NCBI RefSeq assembly: GCF_021869535.1
Contig: NW_026262626.1
Span: 10,726,001-10,790,000 of the forward strand
Reading direction: 5' to 3'
DNA from: Mytilus californianus
Taxonomy: Eukaryota
DNA: 64,000 bases
In this document: positions 25,101-37,300 of the stretch, piece by piece
Layout of the letters: the number at the start of each line of letters is the position of its first letter
Numbering within the stretch: position 1 is the first letter of the stretch
Position numbers and translations under genes: made by a program
Notes under the pieces: model-generated
Database searches by the model: none
Told to the model about the DNA's origin: nothing
What the model saw: only the letters and a program-made list of their open reading frames with translations

Positions 25101-26733
25101 ATCCAGCAAAATATTGTTTAAAAACAATATAAGATGTGTAAAATAAACACTTCTCTTATGCAGCAAAATATTTTTTATAAAAACAGTTCGGTTTAGACAG
25201 GTTTTAATTCACATAGTACAAAAATTTATCAATATTGACTTCAAGGCTATTTTTCAGACAGATTTTAAATTTGTAAAATTAATAGCTATAGAAGAATTAT
25301 ATTCCTTTATTTTTCAGGCTTTCATGTTTGAGTCATCATTAAGTATGGCTGTGACTGAGTGGGCAAATAAGACCAAAGTAGACGAGAAATATTATGAATG
25401 CTGGCAGCCATTGAAAAAACATTTTACGATAGCTGAAAATGATACCAGTATGTTTTTCAACAATTTGTTTTATGTCATTTATACTTGAGAAAATATAGCT
25501 CAACTGGCCTAAAGTGTTTATGATTGATTGCCACCACTTGACATTGTATTCTCTGTTTATTTTAAAGATCTTTTACTTTAAAGCAATGTGCTTTTCTTAC
25601 ACATATAAAATACAGGCTTAGTTGTACATTTTAAAAGGGATCCTATTTCCTTAAATAATACATTAAATGATGTTAGCTGTGACAGTGACAGACCTTTGAA
25701 TAAAATTTTAACTTCTCTATGGATCTTTTGCTAGCTTTTGATTACTGCATTACCAGTTTGTGATTTCAGTAAAAGTTTTGACTATTCTGTTGTACCAGAT
25801 AATTGATGTGTTGAAGTTAATATTCTTATGGCCCATCAACCATAGTGGGGGTTTTCATGTTTTCTGGTCCATCTGTTCATTTTTGACCATCCCTAAAAAG
25901 GATAAGTATTGGTCAAGGTAGTTAAGTTCATTATGATGTGATATTTTAAATTAAATGCCAAATTAGGATTTTGACCCACATAAATGTAGTGCAAGCAAGG
26001 CATGGTGTCCTATGGACACACAAGTCTATTTTTTAAAAATAGATATGCTAATCTTAAACCATTCAGGTCTAGCCAGATAAAATAATTACAACGTTTAGCT
26101 AGTTCAGCAAAGGATATATGTGTACAGGTTTTAAGCTCATTTTCAGCTGAATTATTTGCAACAAGTACATGCCATATCTTGAAAAAGACAATCTTATGGC
26201 AAGCCGTTTTACTATTATTCTAACTTCAAGATATCTAATAAATTTTATAAGATATCTCATATAGTTTATAAAATATCTAATATAATTTTCTTTATAAGAT
26301 ATCTTTTAAATTATATGAGATATCTTATAAACTATATGAGATATCTTATAAACTATATGAGATATCTTATAAACTATATAAGATATATGAACTATATGAG
26401 ATGTCTTATAATGTATATAAGATATCTTATAAAGTATATGAGATATCTTATAAAAACTATATTATATAAGATATCTTATATATTATATGAGATATCTTAT
26501 ATATTAAATAAGATATCTTATATATTATATGAGATAAATTGAAGTTAGAATAAATAGTAAAACAGCTTGCCATACAATCTGGTTAACCCCAATAAGGTAA
26601 TAAGCCATAATAAAGTTAATCAAACATAAATCAAAATTGTGTTTTATTTAATTGCTTGTTGTATATATTTTATTGTTATTTATTTTATTTTCTAGATGGT
26701 CCATCCGAAGCTAAAAAGAAGAAAGCAAAGTAA
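10108..26733 (+). CDS. HGD: Homogentisate 1,2-dioxygenase. Exons: 10108(or 10120)-10191, 11066-11260, 12760-12819, 14063-14154, 16423-16457, 17546-17625, 18299-18398, 18691-18809, 19993-20097, 22122-22248, 23598-23650, 24330-24458, 25318-25447, 26696-26733
   Basis: Manual splicing gives one open frame of about 448 codons with GT-AG introns in consistent phase. It reads [103 protein letters not shown], all hallmark HGD motifs; the Fe-ligand His/Glu/His positions are present. Most exon lengths (72, 60, 92, 35, 80, 100, 105, 127) equal those I recall for human HGD. Confidence 0.97.
11803..12013. mobile_element. MITE, TACTGTAAATTCAGAAATTATTGCG family
   Basis: Perfect 25-bp terminal inverted repeat including the flanking TA. 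Confidence 0.85.
12370..12640. repeat. Dispersed repeat with GAAGGGTAAGCAGAT.CTG.TCCACATG core
   Basis: Copies at 1-50, about 9880-9960 and about 22600-22815. Confidence 0.75.
13842..14049. mobile_element. MITE, TACTGTAAACCAACTTATTTTCGCG family
   Basis: Imperfect TIR, right end GCGAAAATTAGTTGGTTTATATCAGT. Confidence 0.7.
14268..14413. mobile_element. MITE, TACTGTGGATTCA family
   Basis: TACTGTTGATTCA...TGAATCCGCAGTA. Related copies at about 14770-14952, 16577-16787, 20191-20407 and 31668-31864. Confidence 0.7.
15291..15384. repeat. 30-bp tandem repeat x3 (AGAATTTGATTGGCTGATTTAAAAATTAGC)
   Basis: Two perfect copies and one near-perfect copy are directly visible. Confidence 0.95.
16577..16787. 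mobile_element. MITE, TACTGTGGATTCA family
   Basis: TACTATGGATTCAC...ATGCATCCACAGCA with the shared interior (GGATATTTGA / AAAATTGGTATCCC motifs). Confidence 0.65.
16879..17208 (+). mobile_element. Full-length tRNA-derived SINE (MetaSINE-like central domain) with 13-bp TSD
   Basis: A box TGGTCTCGTGG (16889), B box GGTTCGAACCC (16932), central GGTATTTGCTGCTTCTCCACTAAGCATGCAGCATT, (CAT)n tail. TSD TCCACCATATGTT at 16866-16878 and 17209-17221. Confidence 0.88.
19734..19923. mobile_element. PIF/Harbinger (Tourist-like) MITE
   Basis: About 45-bp TIRs (GGGCTGTTCCATTAAAACATACATGG...) with 3 mismatches and a TTA duplication on both sides. Confidence 0.85.
20191..20407. mobile_element. MITE, TACTGTGGATTCA family
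   Basis: CACTGTGGATTCG...TTAATCCACAGGA. Confidence 0.65.
22864..23011. mobile_element. Degenerate MITE of the TACTGTAAATT family
   Basis: TACTATAAATTTAGAAATTATTGCG at the left and AATTTACAGTA at the right. Confidence 0.6.
23288..23570 (-). mobile_element. HINE-like (Helentron-associated) element, single unit
   Basis: On the minus strand: AACAAGAATGTGTCC 5' end, GACG/GACA-type microsatellite, terminal hairpin ATGCCCC...GGGGCAT, then an A-run. Confidence 0.8.
25012..25190. repeat. About 59-bp tandem repeat x3
   Basis: AAGATGTGT.AAAT..ACACTTCT....CAGCAAAATATT.TTTAAAAACA repeated. Confidence 0.85.
26197..26572. mobile_element. TA-flanked TIR element filled with an about 21-bp quasi-palindromic AT-rich tandem repeat
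   Basis: TIR TGGCAAGCCGTTTTACTATTATTCTAACTTCAA versus TTGAAGTTAGAATAAATAGTAAAACAGCTTGCCA, TA on both flanks. The interior is (GAGATATCTTATAAACTATAT)-like. Confidence 0.8.
26696..26733 (+). CDS. HGD: Terminal coding mini-exon of HGD ([12 protein letters not shown]-stop)
   Basis: Donor acca|gtatgt at 25447/25448 (phase 1), long pyrimidine tract and tctag acceptor at 26695. The frame is preserved and the stop TAA is at 26731-26733. Confidence 0.7.
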
Positions 26734-27016
26734 ACTTCAGCCGAAATGGTTTTATCCTATGCAGATTGATATTTTATGAACTGTTATTGTTGCATCATCA
26801 CAGCTGCTATTTGTTGATCTCTTGTTTTTAGCTTTACTATTTACATTTATAGCATATATACTTGAGTGTGTAGAGAGCTCAATAATGTTCAGTTTGCCTC
26901 TTTTTTAGGCTGACTATGAAACTATTCTTCTTTGTGAAAGAGTACCAAAAGTTATTAAATGTACTACATTTCAGACAAATCCTTAGGATGACTTAAAAAT
27001 CTATTTTGATTAGTTC

Positions 27017-27530
27017 CATCTTTCCTAGTCAAGGGTTACGATCCTACCCCTTCCTCTTCACCATTGGCAGATTAAGACAGAATTTGTTTATACAGCTTTA
27101 TGCCATCTAGCTACAGACAGAGGTCATGACCACTCCGACTATATCATTCTTGACCAATGACATCACTTGTAAGATCTTTTATTTTGGAGGTGTAAAAATG
27201 GCTGTATCCAGTGTTTTAAAATCTTGTGAAGCAGAAATGGAATATATACATTGACTTTCCAAGAGGAACATACCAAAGAACTTCAGTTTATTAAAAACTT
27301 TAAAATTGTCTCTAAATGTCATCTATGTTTTTTGTAGTGAAGACTTGTGACACAATTGATTACATCTTCTACATTTACACATGATCATGTTACAGTCACT
27401 TTATGATTGGATGCAACCAGTTACAACTGCGACCCATGAAAATCAATATCTCGTGGATCCGAAATTGTGACTTAATCTGCCAAGGGTGAAGAGACGGGGA
27501 CAAGATCATAAATTATGGCTAGCAAAGATG
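27017..27530. repeat. About 69-bp imperfect inverted repeat pair in the HGD 3'UTR
   Basis: 27017-27085 versus the reverse complement of 27462-27530, sharing CTCTTCACC.TTGGCAGATTAAG.CA.AATTT. Confidence 0.75.
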
Positions 27531-28016
27531 TGTTAGTCCATTATTCACCAAACAAAAAAGCAAGCTTCACAGAAATGTACAAAAGTACAAATTCAAATAT
27601 TTCAGGTGTAACACTATGTATCTGTTAACATGTTAAATTCTCTTAAAAGTTTTTTGGAAACTGGTCAGGTGAATCCAACTTTTATCAGCAGCTGTTATAA
27701 CAAATAGAACAGAGGTGACCTCTTGCAATACCACTGGTTAGTCAATACGTTTTTGATAGAAATGTTTTGTAGTATTTTCAGTTTGCATTATTTATTTCAC
27801 TGAATGATGGAAGCAGGCAAAACTTGGTGATTTTTCCTTCATAACAACATTAAATACTCAAAAGTCCAATTTATATATTTTATTTTTTTTGAAAAGGGTG
27901 ATTTTCTGTACTATTTCATAAGTTTGTTTTGGTTGTGATTTTTCTCAACATATTTATATACATATATCTATTTTGTTCATGTTTGATGTTATTTTTACTG
28001 CATTTTACTGCATTTA

Positions 28017-28022
28017 AATAAA
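28017..28022 (+). promoter_or_regulatory. Candidate polyadenylation signal (AATAAA) for HGD
   Basis: Canonical hexamer about 1.3 kb after the stop, following a U-rich 3'UTR-like region. Other hexamers exist further on. Confidence 0.35.
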
Positions 28023-28639
28023 ATAGTTTTTAACTGAGGGCAGCTTTATACAGTTCTGAAATAGAATATGTTGAAAAAAAGTATTTTCTCATTTAAACAT
28101 ATCTCATGCTCTCTCTCCCGCAATTTTTTTTTATTATTATCAGAAAATGATCTGGTCCATATTGTTGGGAGATCAGTGTGGGTATTTGTATTTTTTTGCC
28201 ACTTGCTTGTAAGATATCATTGTCTGCTAATACAGATGTCCTTTTGAACTTGTATCAAACAATTACATCAGAAACTTTTCTAATTCTACTATAAAAATGA
28301 GTGGCCAATAGTTATCCTAGAAAGCAAGGTATTTAAACAGATATTTATTTTTTGTGGTTTTTTTGGGTTTTTTTTTTGTCTAACCTGTAATGAAAGCTGC
28401 AGAATGTGAGACATAGGAATGCAAATCTGATGGTGACAAGGGTATAAGCTATTCATATAAAGTTTTGTATTTTAGAAGGTAGAAGGATCATACCTTGTTT
28501 ATAGATGAGTTATGTTTTCATGGTTCAGCTATTGCTTAAAAAACCCTTATAGTTTATTTGTCATGTGAATTTCTCTCTTATTATTGAATAGGATAATAAT
28601 ATTTGGTATATAGAATCCTTACATGTCTACATGTTTGTC

Positions 28640-29030
28640 AGACAGGGTTCACCTGTCCTTGGCCTAATTTATTGTATCAGTGATCAAGGTTAAAGTTACA
28701 TGATAAGGTCCGTTTCTCAGATACACCAAACAATCAATCAGCTATATTTGGTTTATGCAATGATTGAAAGGTGTGCATGTCCATCTGGCAGGTTTCATCT
28801 GACCTTGACCTCATTTTCTTGGTTCATTAGTCAATGTTAATTTTTGTGTTTTGGTCGGTTTCTCAGATATGATAGGCAAATGTCAACTATATTTGCTGTA
28901 TGGAATATATCATAATTGTAAATTTTAAATGTCTGTTAGGAACGTATCATCTTATCTTGACCTTATCTTCATGGATCATTGGTCAATGTTAAGTTTTCAT
29001 GATTTGGTCTGTTTCTCAAATACAGGTAGA
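28640..29030 (-). repeat. Inverted-orientation copies of the GAGGTCAAGGTCA array unit
   Basis: TGACCTTGACCTCATTTTC motifs. A further plus-orientation set lies at about 35480-35790. Confidence 0.6.
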
Positions 29031-30189
29031 TCCAACTAGAACTAAAGAAAATGGTGGGTGATCAATAATTATCCCAGTTAGCAAGGTATTTAATCAGATA
29101 TTTAATTTCTATAATATTTTTTTTTCATACTATAAAACCAATAAAGTATTTAACAATAAAGCATTTGATGTGTCTAGTAATTAAAAGAATAGATTTTAAA
29201 AGTACTGTAGTAATATGCAGGTTGAAGATGAGTTTCCTTTCTTTTTGGTGGAATGCACTGCATGTGAGAAAGAAACAAATTTATTCTTGAGGCAGCATGT
29301 TTTGCTTTTATATTTCAGAGAACAATTAGGTTTTTTTAGTCTTTTTTTTTTTTTAATGTTTTGCGAATCAGAAAATGTTAATACTTCAGTGTCAATATTT
29401 ATTAGTTCTTGTTATAAAATAAGAAAATTTCATTCCAGAGACTACTTAATTATATTAGATACATAACATGTATGTATTAAAATGTGAAGAATGTTATTTG
29501 TTATGTATGTCTTAAGTACAATAAACTGTAAATGTAGAGATATGTCTCACCTTTTTGTTATTTTGATTGTAAAATGCAACTGTTGAAATTGAAATAGCAA
29601 TACTTAAACATATAAGTTATACAAAATATTCAAAGTCAATGAACCATGACTGAAGGTACAGGGCCAAATAATCTCATGGAAATGAGATGTGCCAATGCTA
29701 ATAAAACTGCATATCAGATATCATTGACCTACCACTAGTCGTTCCATATAAACTGACATAATCACAAACTAATACATGTAAACTAAGCAAAAGTTTTTAA
29801 GTCAATAGACCATGACTGAGGGGGCCAGGCCAAATAATCTCCATAGAGAAGTAACATAGAGACCTAATGGGTAACTTTTTTTATTATTGGCCCAAAATTA
29901 TGATATTCATAGTCAGAGTTCGTATATATCATACATTAACATACATCAAGAAAAAAAATGTTTATTTGGAAAAATGAATTTTTAAGAATTATTTTCTGAA
30001 GATTTATGGAAGTCAAACGGACTATATAATAAGACGCAGGTTTCTTCAAAAGTGATGATTTTCTATAAATTGTTTGAAATTTCACAGTAATATCATAATT
30101 TAACTTTGTTTAAACCTGTTTATTTACTTTTGCCTTTAATTATTTATCCCTTGTAATTTTTTATTAACTGACTGTGTATTTGCATTCAG

Positions 30190-30650
30190 GTGTCACAGGT
30201 CAAATTTATTCGTTCATTGTGTGTTAATTTACGTTTTTTGATTAAGTTAAGCCTTCCAATTGATATTTTATAGTGTGTTTTTCTATGTTGTGATGTTATA
30301 CTATTGCTTCAGAAAAGGGAGAAGGTTTGGTACCATTAAAACGTTTAATCCCGCTGCAAATGTTTGCACCTGTCCTAAGTCAGGAATCTGATTACAGTAG
30401 TTGTCGTCTGTTTATGTAGTTCATACGTGTTTCTCGTTTCTCGTTTTTATATAGATTAGACCGTTGGTTTTTCCGTTTGAATGGTTTTACACTAGTAATA
30501 TTTTGGGGCCCTTTATAGCTTGCTGTTCGGTGTGAGCCAATGCTCCGTGTTGAAGGCCGTACCTTGACCTATAATGGTTTACTTTTATAAATTGTAACTT
30601 GGATGGAGAGTTGTCTCATTGGCACTCAAACCACATCTTCCTATATCTAT
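30190..30650. repeat. Abundant dispersed repeat ending GAGAGTTGTCTCATTGGCA.TCATACCACATCTTC
   Basis: Same terminus at about 20700-20757, 34860-34915, 37945-37985 and 58415-58462; inverted at about 20540-20590, 51921-51965 and 58815-58860. Confidence 0.8.
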
Positions 30651-31667
30651 TCAGGTAGCAAATCATATAAATTTATCATTTCGGAATGTAGGGCAGGCAT
30701 CCTTACCTATTGTCATTCATAAGAAATTTTTTAACGAACAATTTATTAGGCCTCTCTTGTGAGTAGAAAAATTACACAAATATAAATCTAAACAAATATA
30801 TCAAACTTGGATCTTCTCTTGTAGGAGGATCTGGGTTGGGGGGGGGGGGGGGGGGACTTATTTCTGTATTTTTTAATTTTTAAGTAATTTTTCTCTATTC
30901 TTTATATTTTTTGGTCATAATTCTCTATTCTTCATATTTTATCCCCCCATTATGTGTATTCTTAATTTTTTTCCCCTATTTTTCTCTATTTTTTATTTTT
31001 TTGGGACCTTTATTTTGTACCTTTTACCAATTATTCTCTATTTGAAAACCCCATCCAGATCCCCTTATATAAATACATCAACATATTAGGAAATAGCTCA
31101 GTTAAATCTCATTTTTTAAAAAGTCAGCTAGAAAGGACATAATGTAAAAAAAGTATCCATGAAAATAAGCTGGTTTACAGTAATTGAAAATAAAAGTGAC
31201 AACTGATTATTGTTCAATTTGCTGTTTAAAAATCTAAAGGACTATGGATAGTTTTAATGTTCGTACCCTAAAATAAAAAAACAATGTCATGTCATCAATT
31301 GAATTTGCATTGTTTATAGGACCTTGTGAACCAATTGCAATCTGTTGGTGTATACTTTTGAAAATATTACCCAAAATGCATTAGATTTTGAAACAACCAA
31401 TAGTCAGCAACCTTAACCAAGACACATAAATCTCTATGGGACCATAGATATCTCAACAGATATTAGTCTGAGATTATTTACATTCTAGTCTTATTGTCTA
31501 TATGTATAAAATATATCCATCATTTTCATGGTATTGTGAGAATAGCAATTGTACTCGTGTAAAAAAATACATTTATGTATAAAAATGAAATTGCCACACA
31601 ATCAATAAAGTGTTTTACATAACTTGTAGTTTTAGGTGAAGCCTTCTTGTGCCATAGTAAAGTCAAG

Positions 31668-31864
31668 TACTGTGGATTCATTATCATTATTTCATGGATT
31701 GAGGTAAAATTGTATTTTTGTGGATATTTGATTTCTTGGTTTTGCCAAAGTCAGCATATATAAAGCCTATAGAAAATTTGTACTGTGTCAAACATTTGTC
31801 GTTCAGCTATACCTAAGAAATCAATGAAAATTGGTATCCCACAAATAGTAATGAATTCAGAGTA
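31668..31864. mobile_element. MITE, TACTGTGGATTCA family
   Basis: TACTGTGGATTCATT...AATGAATTCAGAGTA. Confidence 0.65.
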
Positions 31865-31905
31865 TGTCTCAGTCTGAAATTCAGTGAACATTACAAGGGG
31901 GAGAC

Positions 31906-32491
31906 AACTAAAATAAATGGGGAATGTGTCCATGGGACACAGATGATTGCATATCATTTAAAACTATAAAGGGACATAACTGAAGAACGGTAAAAGTAAC
32001 ATTACCCAAATTTGTACTTGATCTCAGTTTTGTGATAATAAGCATTGTGTATAAGTTTCATAACATTTGGTTGAGGCTAACTTAAGTTAAGAGAACAGAA
32101 ACGAAAAATTCAGCAATTTTTCAATTTGTAAACGGGCATAACTCTAGAACTGTTAAAGTGACACCACCAAAATTCAAACTTGATCTGTATTTTGTGGTAA
32201 TAAGAATTGTGTATAAGTTTCATTACATTTGGTTGAGGCAAACTAAATTTAGAGAACGGAAAACGAAAAATTCAGCAATTTTTCCATTTGTAAAGGGGCT
32301 AATTCTAGAACGGTTAAAGTGACGCCATCAAAATTCAAACTTGATCTGTGTTTTGTGGTAATAAGCATTGTGTATAAGTTTCATAACATTTGGTTGAGGC
32401 AAACTAAAGTTAGAGAATGGAAACCAACTTTCGGACGTACGGACAAGGGTAAACATTAATGCCCCCTCCGCTACGGCGGGGGGCATAAAAA
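31906..32491 (+). mobile_element. HINE-like element with three about 161-bp central repeats
   Basis: Tandem units (ACTTGATCT...TTTGTG...AATAAGCATTGTGTATAAGTTTCA) at about 32015, 32177 and 32338; GGACGTACGGAC; 3' hairpin ATGCCCCC...GGGGGCAT then AAAAA. Confidence 0.8.
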
Positions 32492-34320
32492 GATGAGATG
32501 AAGACTAGTGGCTTCAGACGACAATTAATTGCCTTTGTTCGTGGTCTAGGAATATCGTTACAAGGATTATATGGGATATTTCTTCCAAACTATTCTGACT
32601 ACTGTTTTCTTTGAAAAGTTTACTATTTAAGTGGTCCTATCAGTTGCATATATATTGAAATAAGTAAAACATGTTCTAAAAAATTTACTGTTGAAAGTGA
32701 AAGTAGTGATTTGGCCAAAATGAAAGTAAGGTAGAAATTAGTCGTCGGCATTTATTCAAGATTCTAATTCTACCATTGGCATGTTCATAGGGCTCTCAAA
32801 AGAAAAAGCACTGATTGATTGTCCTGGGACAAGCATATTTTATTAGAAGAATAATGGTCTGTGAGCAGTTAAATTTATTTCATGTTTGAACCGGTGCAAA
32901 TTTTTTCAATTCAATTTGACTTTTACAAAGAAATGCATTGTAACCAATGGGAAGAATAATTGTGGTCTGAGGCCTAGTATACCACACATGAAAAAGCCTG
33001 CAACACTGAAAACAGGCATGGATACTATAAATTCAAATAACTTAGTGTGCATTTATTATTGTAATTACTGAAAACTGTACAAAAATGTGAGATTGATTAT
33101 TTTCTTTTCAGTAAATGCTTCATACAAATAATGCTATCAATATCTAAAATGAATTTTCATTTTCAAAACCTATTCTGTCACATTTTTTGCAATCATAACA
33201 ACATCACAAAAATCTCTGAATTTCAGTTTAACAAATTTTTCAGAGACAACAAAAAACAGCGGCAGAACATAAAGGAGCATCCAAGACCAGACATTTTTGG
33301 CATTAACATATAGGTTTACTAACTGTGACTGTGACAGCTGAACTATGAAATTGTAGCATATTCGTGTAGTTTAATTCCTGATGCATCAGCATCAGCATTT
33401 CCTTTCAACCAAATGACCTCAAACCTATAACAACAATACCACCAATGGTCGTAACTGCCTTTTTGCATGTAATCTTTGTACTTCAAACTTTCAAGTTACA
33501 CAATAGAAAATATTGTTTTAATATCTCTTTGAAACATATTTTATGGTGATGTATATATGATAGAAATATCACAGATAAGGCATAAAAAGACTTTGTTTGG
33601 TCATAGATGCGGTTTGGTTATTTTTTTGTTGGGTTGTTGTCTGACCCACTAGGCTCTGTTCGAAGTTATTATTGTTTTAAAGACATCAGGGAAAATCACC
33701 TAAATTTAGGATTTCATCCCTTTGGAATTCAATTGTTCCATGTCAAGGTTTAGGTCATAAAGTTTCCAAAATATACGATTGCTTTGTGCTTTTCCCACAT
33801 AGGTCCCTTTTAGCCTGAACGCCATAAAGGCTACACACAAGAAGAAACACTTTTAATATTGGGGTCACTGGTACAAAGGGGTACTATGTGGGTCCAAAGA
33901 CATGTGAAATATATATATATATAAAGGTGTCAGAAATTTTTTTTTAATATTAAATTTAATGATTACAAAAATATGAATTGATGAAAAACCTCCATGTACA
34001 ATCTTAATATTATCAAGTGCTAAGTGGTGGTAGACTGCTAAACTGTATATTATGGGTCTTCCAATATACAAAGCTCTATTCCTGGTGTTATTGAATAAGA
34101 GGAATATGCTGGTGTTACTCAGGCCTATACCATTTATATATTTTTACAAAAATGTATCATACATCAAGGTTAATATAAACATGACTGCATTTTCCTCACC
34201 ATACTGCAACACTATTGTCATAATTGGCCAGCTGTATCACTATTGCCAATATTTGCCTGCTGCAACACTACACTATTGCCAGGATTGGCCAGGAACATAT
34301 TTCTATCAATACTGATAACC

Positions 34321-37300
34321 TTAACAACAAAAGTATTCATTAAAATCTTGTATCTGTAAACATCCCAACCAGAATAAAAAATCAACTAACTCATTTCTGT
34401 CCTCCATTTTCATGATATCAAACGATTTTGTGTAATGAATTGTTGATCTATGGCTGTCAGTGATGTTGTTTGCCATCAAAGCTTCATAATGGTTAAAATC
34501 TGTGTCCATGTACAGAAAAATTATCTAAAATGATAAAAACAAGGGGGGAACAACAACATTGATGCAAATTTGTCCTAAATTGCTTCAACTGAACTTTGGC
34601 GCCAACAAACTACTTTAACCCCGCCACATTCTGCATGTGACTGTCCCAAGTCAGGAGCCTGTAATTCAGTGGTTATCGTTTGTTGCAGTGTAACATATTT
34701 GTTTTTTCGATATTATTTTTACATAAATTAGGCTGTTATTTTTCTTGTTTAAATTGTTTTACATTTGTCATTTCAGGGCCTTTTATAGCTACGTGGTATG
34801 GGCTTTGCTCATTGTTGAAGGCAGTACAGTGACCTATAGTTCTTAATTTCTGTGTCATTTTGGTCTCTTGTGGAGAGTTGTCTCATTGACAATAATACCA
34901 CATCTTCTTAATTTTATATATATATATATATACATAAACCTTATCTGTATCTAATCATTATACATGTATCGTATCATAAACAAGAGGCTTCTAAGAACCT
35001 AAATCGCTCAACAGGAATTTTTGTGTAGATGAATATTTTTGCTGTTTAATATAAATTAATATGTTTCTATTATGCTCTTCAAAGTTTCTTTCTATGTATC
35101 ATTTTTTCTAAAAAAAAAAAAAAAAAAAAAACAAATATTGGGAAAAAAAAATCATCTTTATGGGCAATAACCTTATAAGGGATCAAACTTTATACAAGAT
35201 ACATGTACCATATATGGATCATTGATTGTTGGTTGCATAATGTCCAGTGGGATCATTCACTCCAAGGTTAGTTGAAATTAGTTTGGTTTCAGAGAAGATT
35301 TTTGATAAAGAGTATGACAGACAGACTATTAAAGACAACGAAAGACCAGTAATGGCAAAACCTCACAAGGCCAGGTGAGCTATTTAAAAAAAAAATCTGT
35401 AAAATCATCTTTCAAGGTCATGTTAACTTATTGGTAGGTCTTTCTTTGATGCTTTTGTTTAAAGTTTCTCTCTATAGTTTATGCAAAGACTTAACATTGA
35501 CCAATGAACCATGAAAATGAAGCCAAGATCAAATGAATTTGCCAGTTAGACATGTACACAATAATATCATTCATACATTAAATATAGTTCATTTATTGCT
35601 TATAGTATCTGAGACACAGACCTACCCTGAAAACATAACATTGACCAATGAATCATGAAAATGAGGTCAAAGTCAGATCTAGAAGAACTTGCCAAACATG
35701 TACACCATAATATCAACCCATACACTAAATGTAGTTAACCAAGAAATACATTTATTTATTATAGTATCTGAAAAACAGACCTAACCATGAAAACTTTACG
35801 TAGCCAGTTTATCATAAGATGATGGAAAACCCAGTTAAAAATTTGTTTGTTGTATATTATCAATATGTACTATTAACCTTTTGTTTGTTGTATATTATCA
35901 ATATGTACTATTAACCTTGCTAATCAAGTGTTCATAGAAGATGCACGACCTAAACTGGTTTGCAAAATTTCTGAAGAGTTTCAAAGATCTGGATGGAAAA
36001 ATCACTTTTTGAAAATTTTGTTGAAAATTGACTAATTGCCTAAGCTCCCAAGTCTGGAAAAATAGGTAAAACAACGTAAAACAAACCATTAAAGCAGGTG
36101 CACAACTTCAATATAAGCCCAATCTTCCTGTGAAGTTTCAGCTATTTTCATTAAAATGTGTAGGGCTGATTACACAAAAAAGGGACCCATTTTTACATGA
36201 CAGCCCATTCACCAGCCCAACATCGCCATACTATTAGCAGGCATTGAACTTTGTGCAACCCAGCTTAGAATATGTTATCTTACCTCAGTCCCCATGCAAA
36301 CAATCCCTAGACTCTTTGGAACAAACACAGAGTGCCAACATTCTAATAATAGCTGTGATCCAATCTGTCCAAGTACCTGTTTTTTTAAATGTTTTTCTAT
36401 CCAGGGGGTTTTGGAGTCATCATCATCATCTGCCAGCTTTAATGCATCTTTTTTCACCTTATAACATAAAACATTTTTGTGAAAGTTATTTGTTGGATAC
36501 AAATAATAACTAGAGGCTCCGAGGAGCATGAATCACTCACCAGGAAATAATTGCAAAAAATTCCAAATTAAAATTGAAGATTCAACTTTTAAAGATGTTG
36601 CACAAGTGCCATTGATATGCAGCAAGGAACACATTTTTTTTTTATCAACTGTTAGTCCACAATGATAAACGAAAATAACATTTAAATTATTATTATTATT
36701 ATTATTGAATTCGGTGTGTCTGCATGGGCTTTTCTAGTTTACATTCTTCAGAAAGGCGCAAATAAAAAAATTCAATAGAAAAAATAAAATATCATTTAAA
36801 CTGTAGATGTGTACTTCATGAATTGTCCATTTTTTTCAAATTTGAGCTGTGACAATTGTACAATACATGCTTTTTTCCTTTACAATAAACTTATTTCCAG
36901 TGTTGTAGTAGAACTGTGTAATTTATTTTCTAGTAATCATTCCATTCACCAAATAAATTTGACAAAATGCTTAAAAAGACAAAAAATACACTTTATAAGT
37001 TCTGTGTGTCCAAATTTAAAGTGTTTTCTAGATTTACCTTCATTAGGTACCAAAACCCAAGGATGTACAAATACCTTAAAACATCAGGAGCTATATGCCC
37101 CAAAAGGACCTAAAAATAATAGCCAAATCCATCTCAGGATTGACTAAGGGATTTACACCTACAAGATGTCAACTGATAGAACCACTGTTTAAAGTATACA
37201 TTGAAAATTATTTTCTGTGGTTTATGCAATCTTCTACTCACCTCTGCCAGCATAAGCAATAAACAGGATCTGCCTTCAGATTTCTGTACACGTTGATTAA

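Noticed and set aside
26315-26542. MRYLINY-repeat ORF
   Set aside because: By-product of the 21-bp minisatellite inside a MITE.
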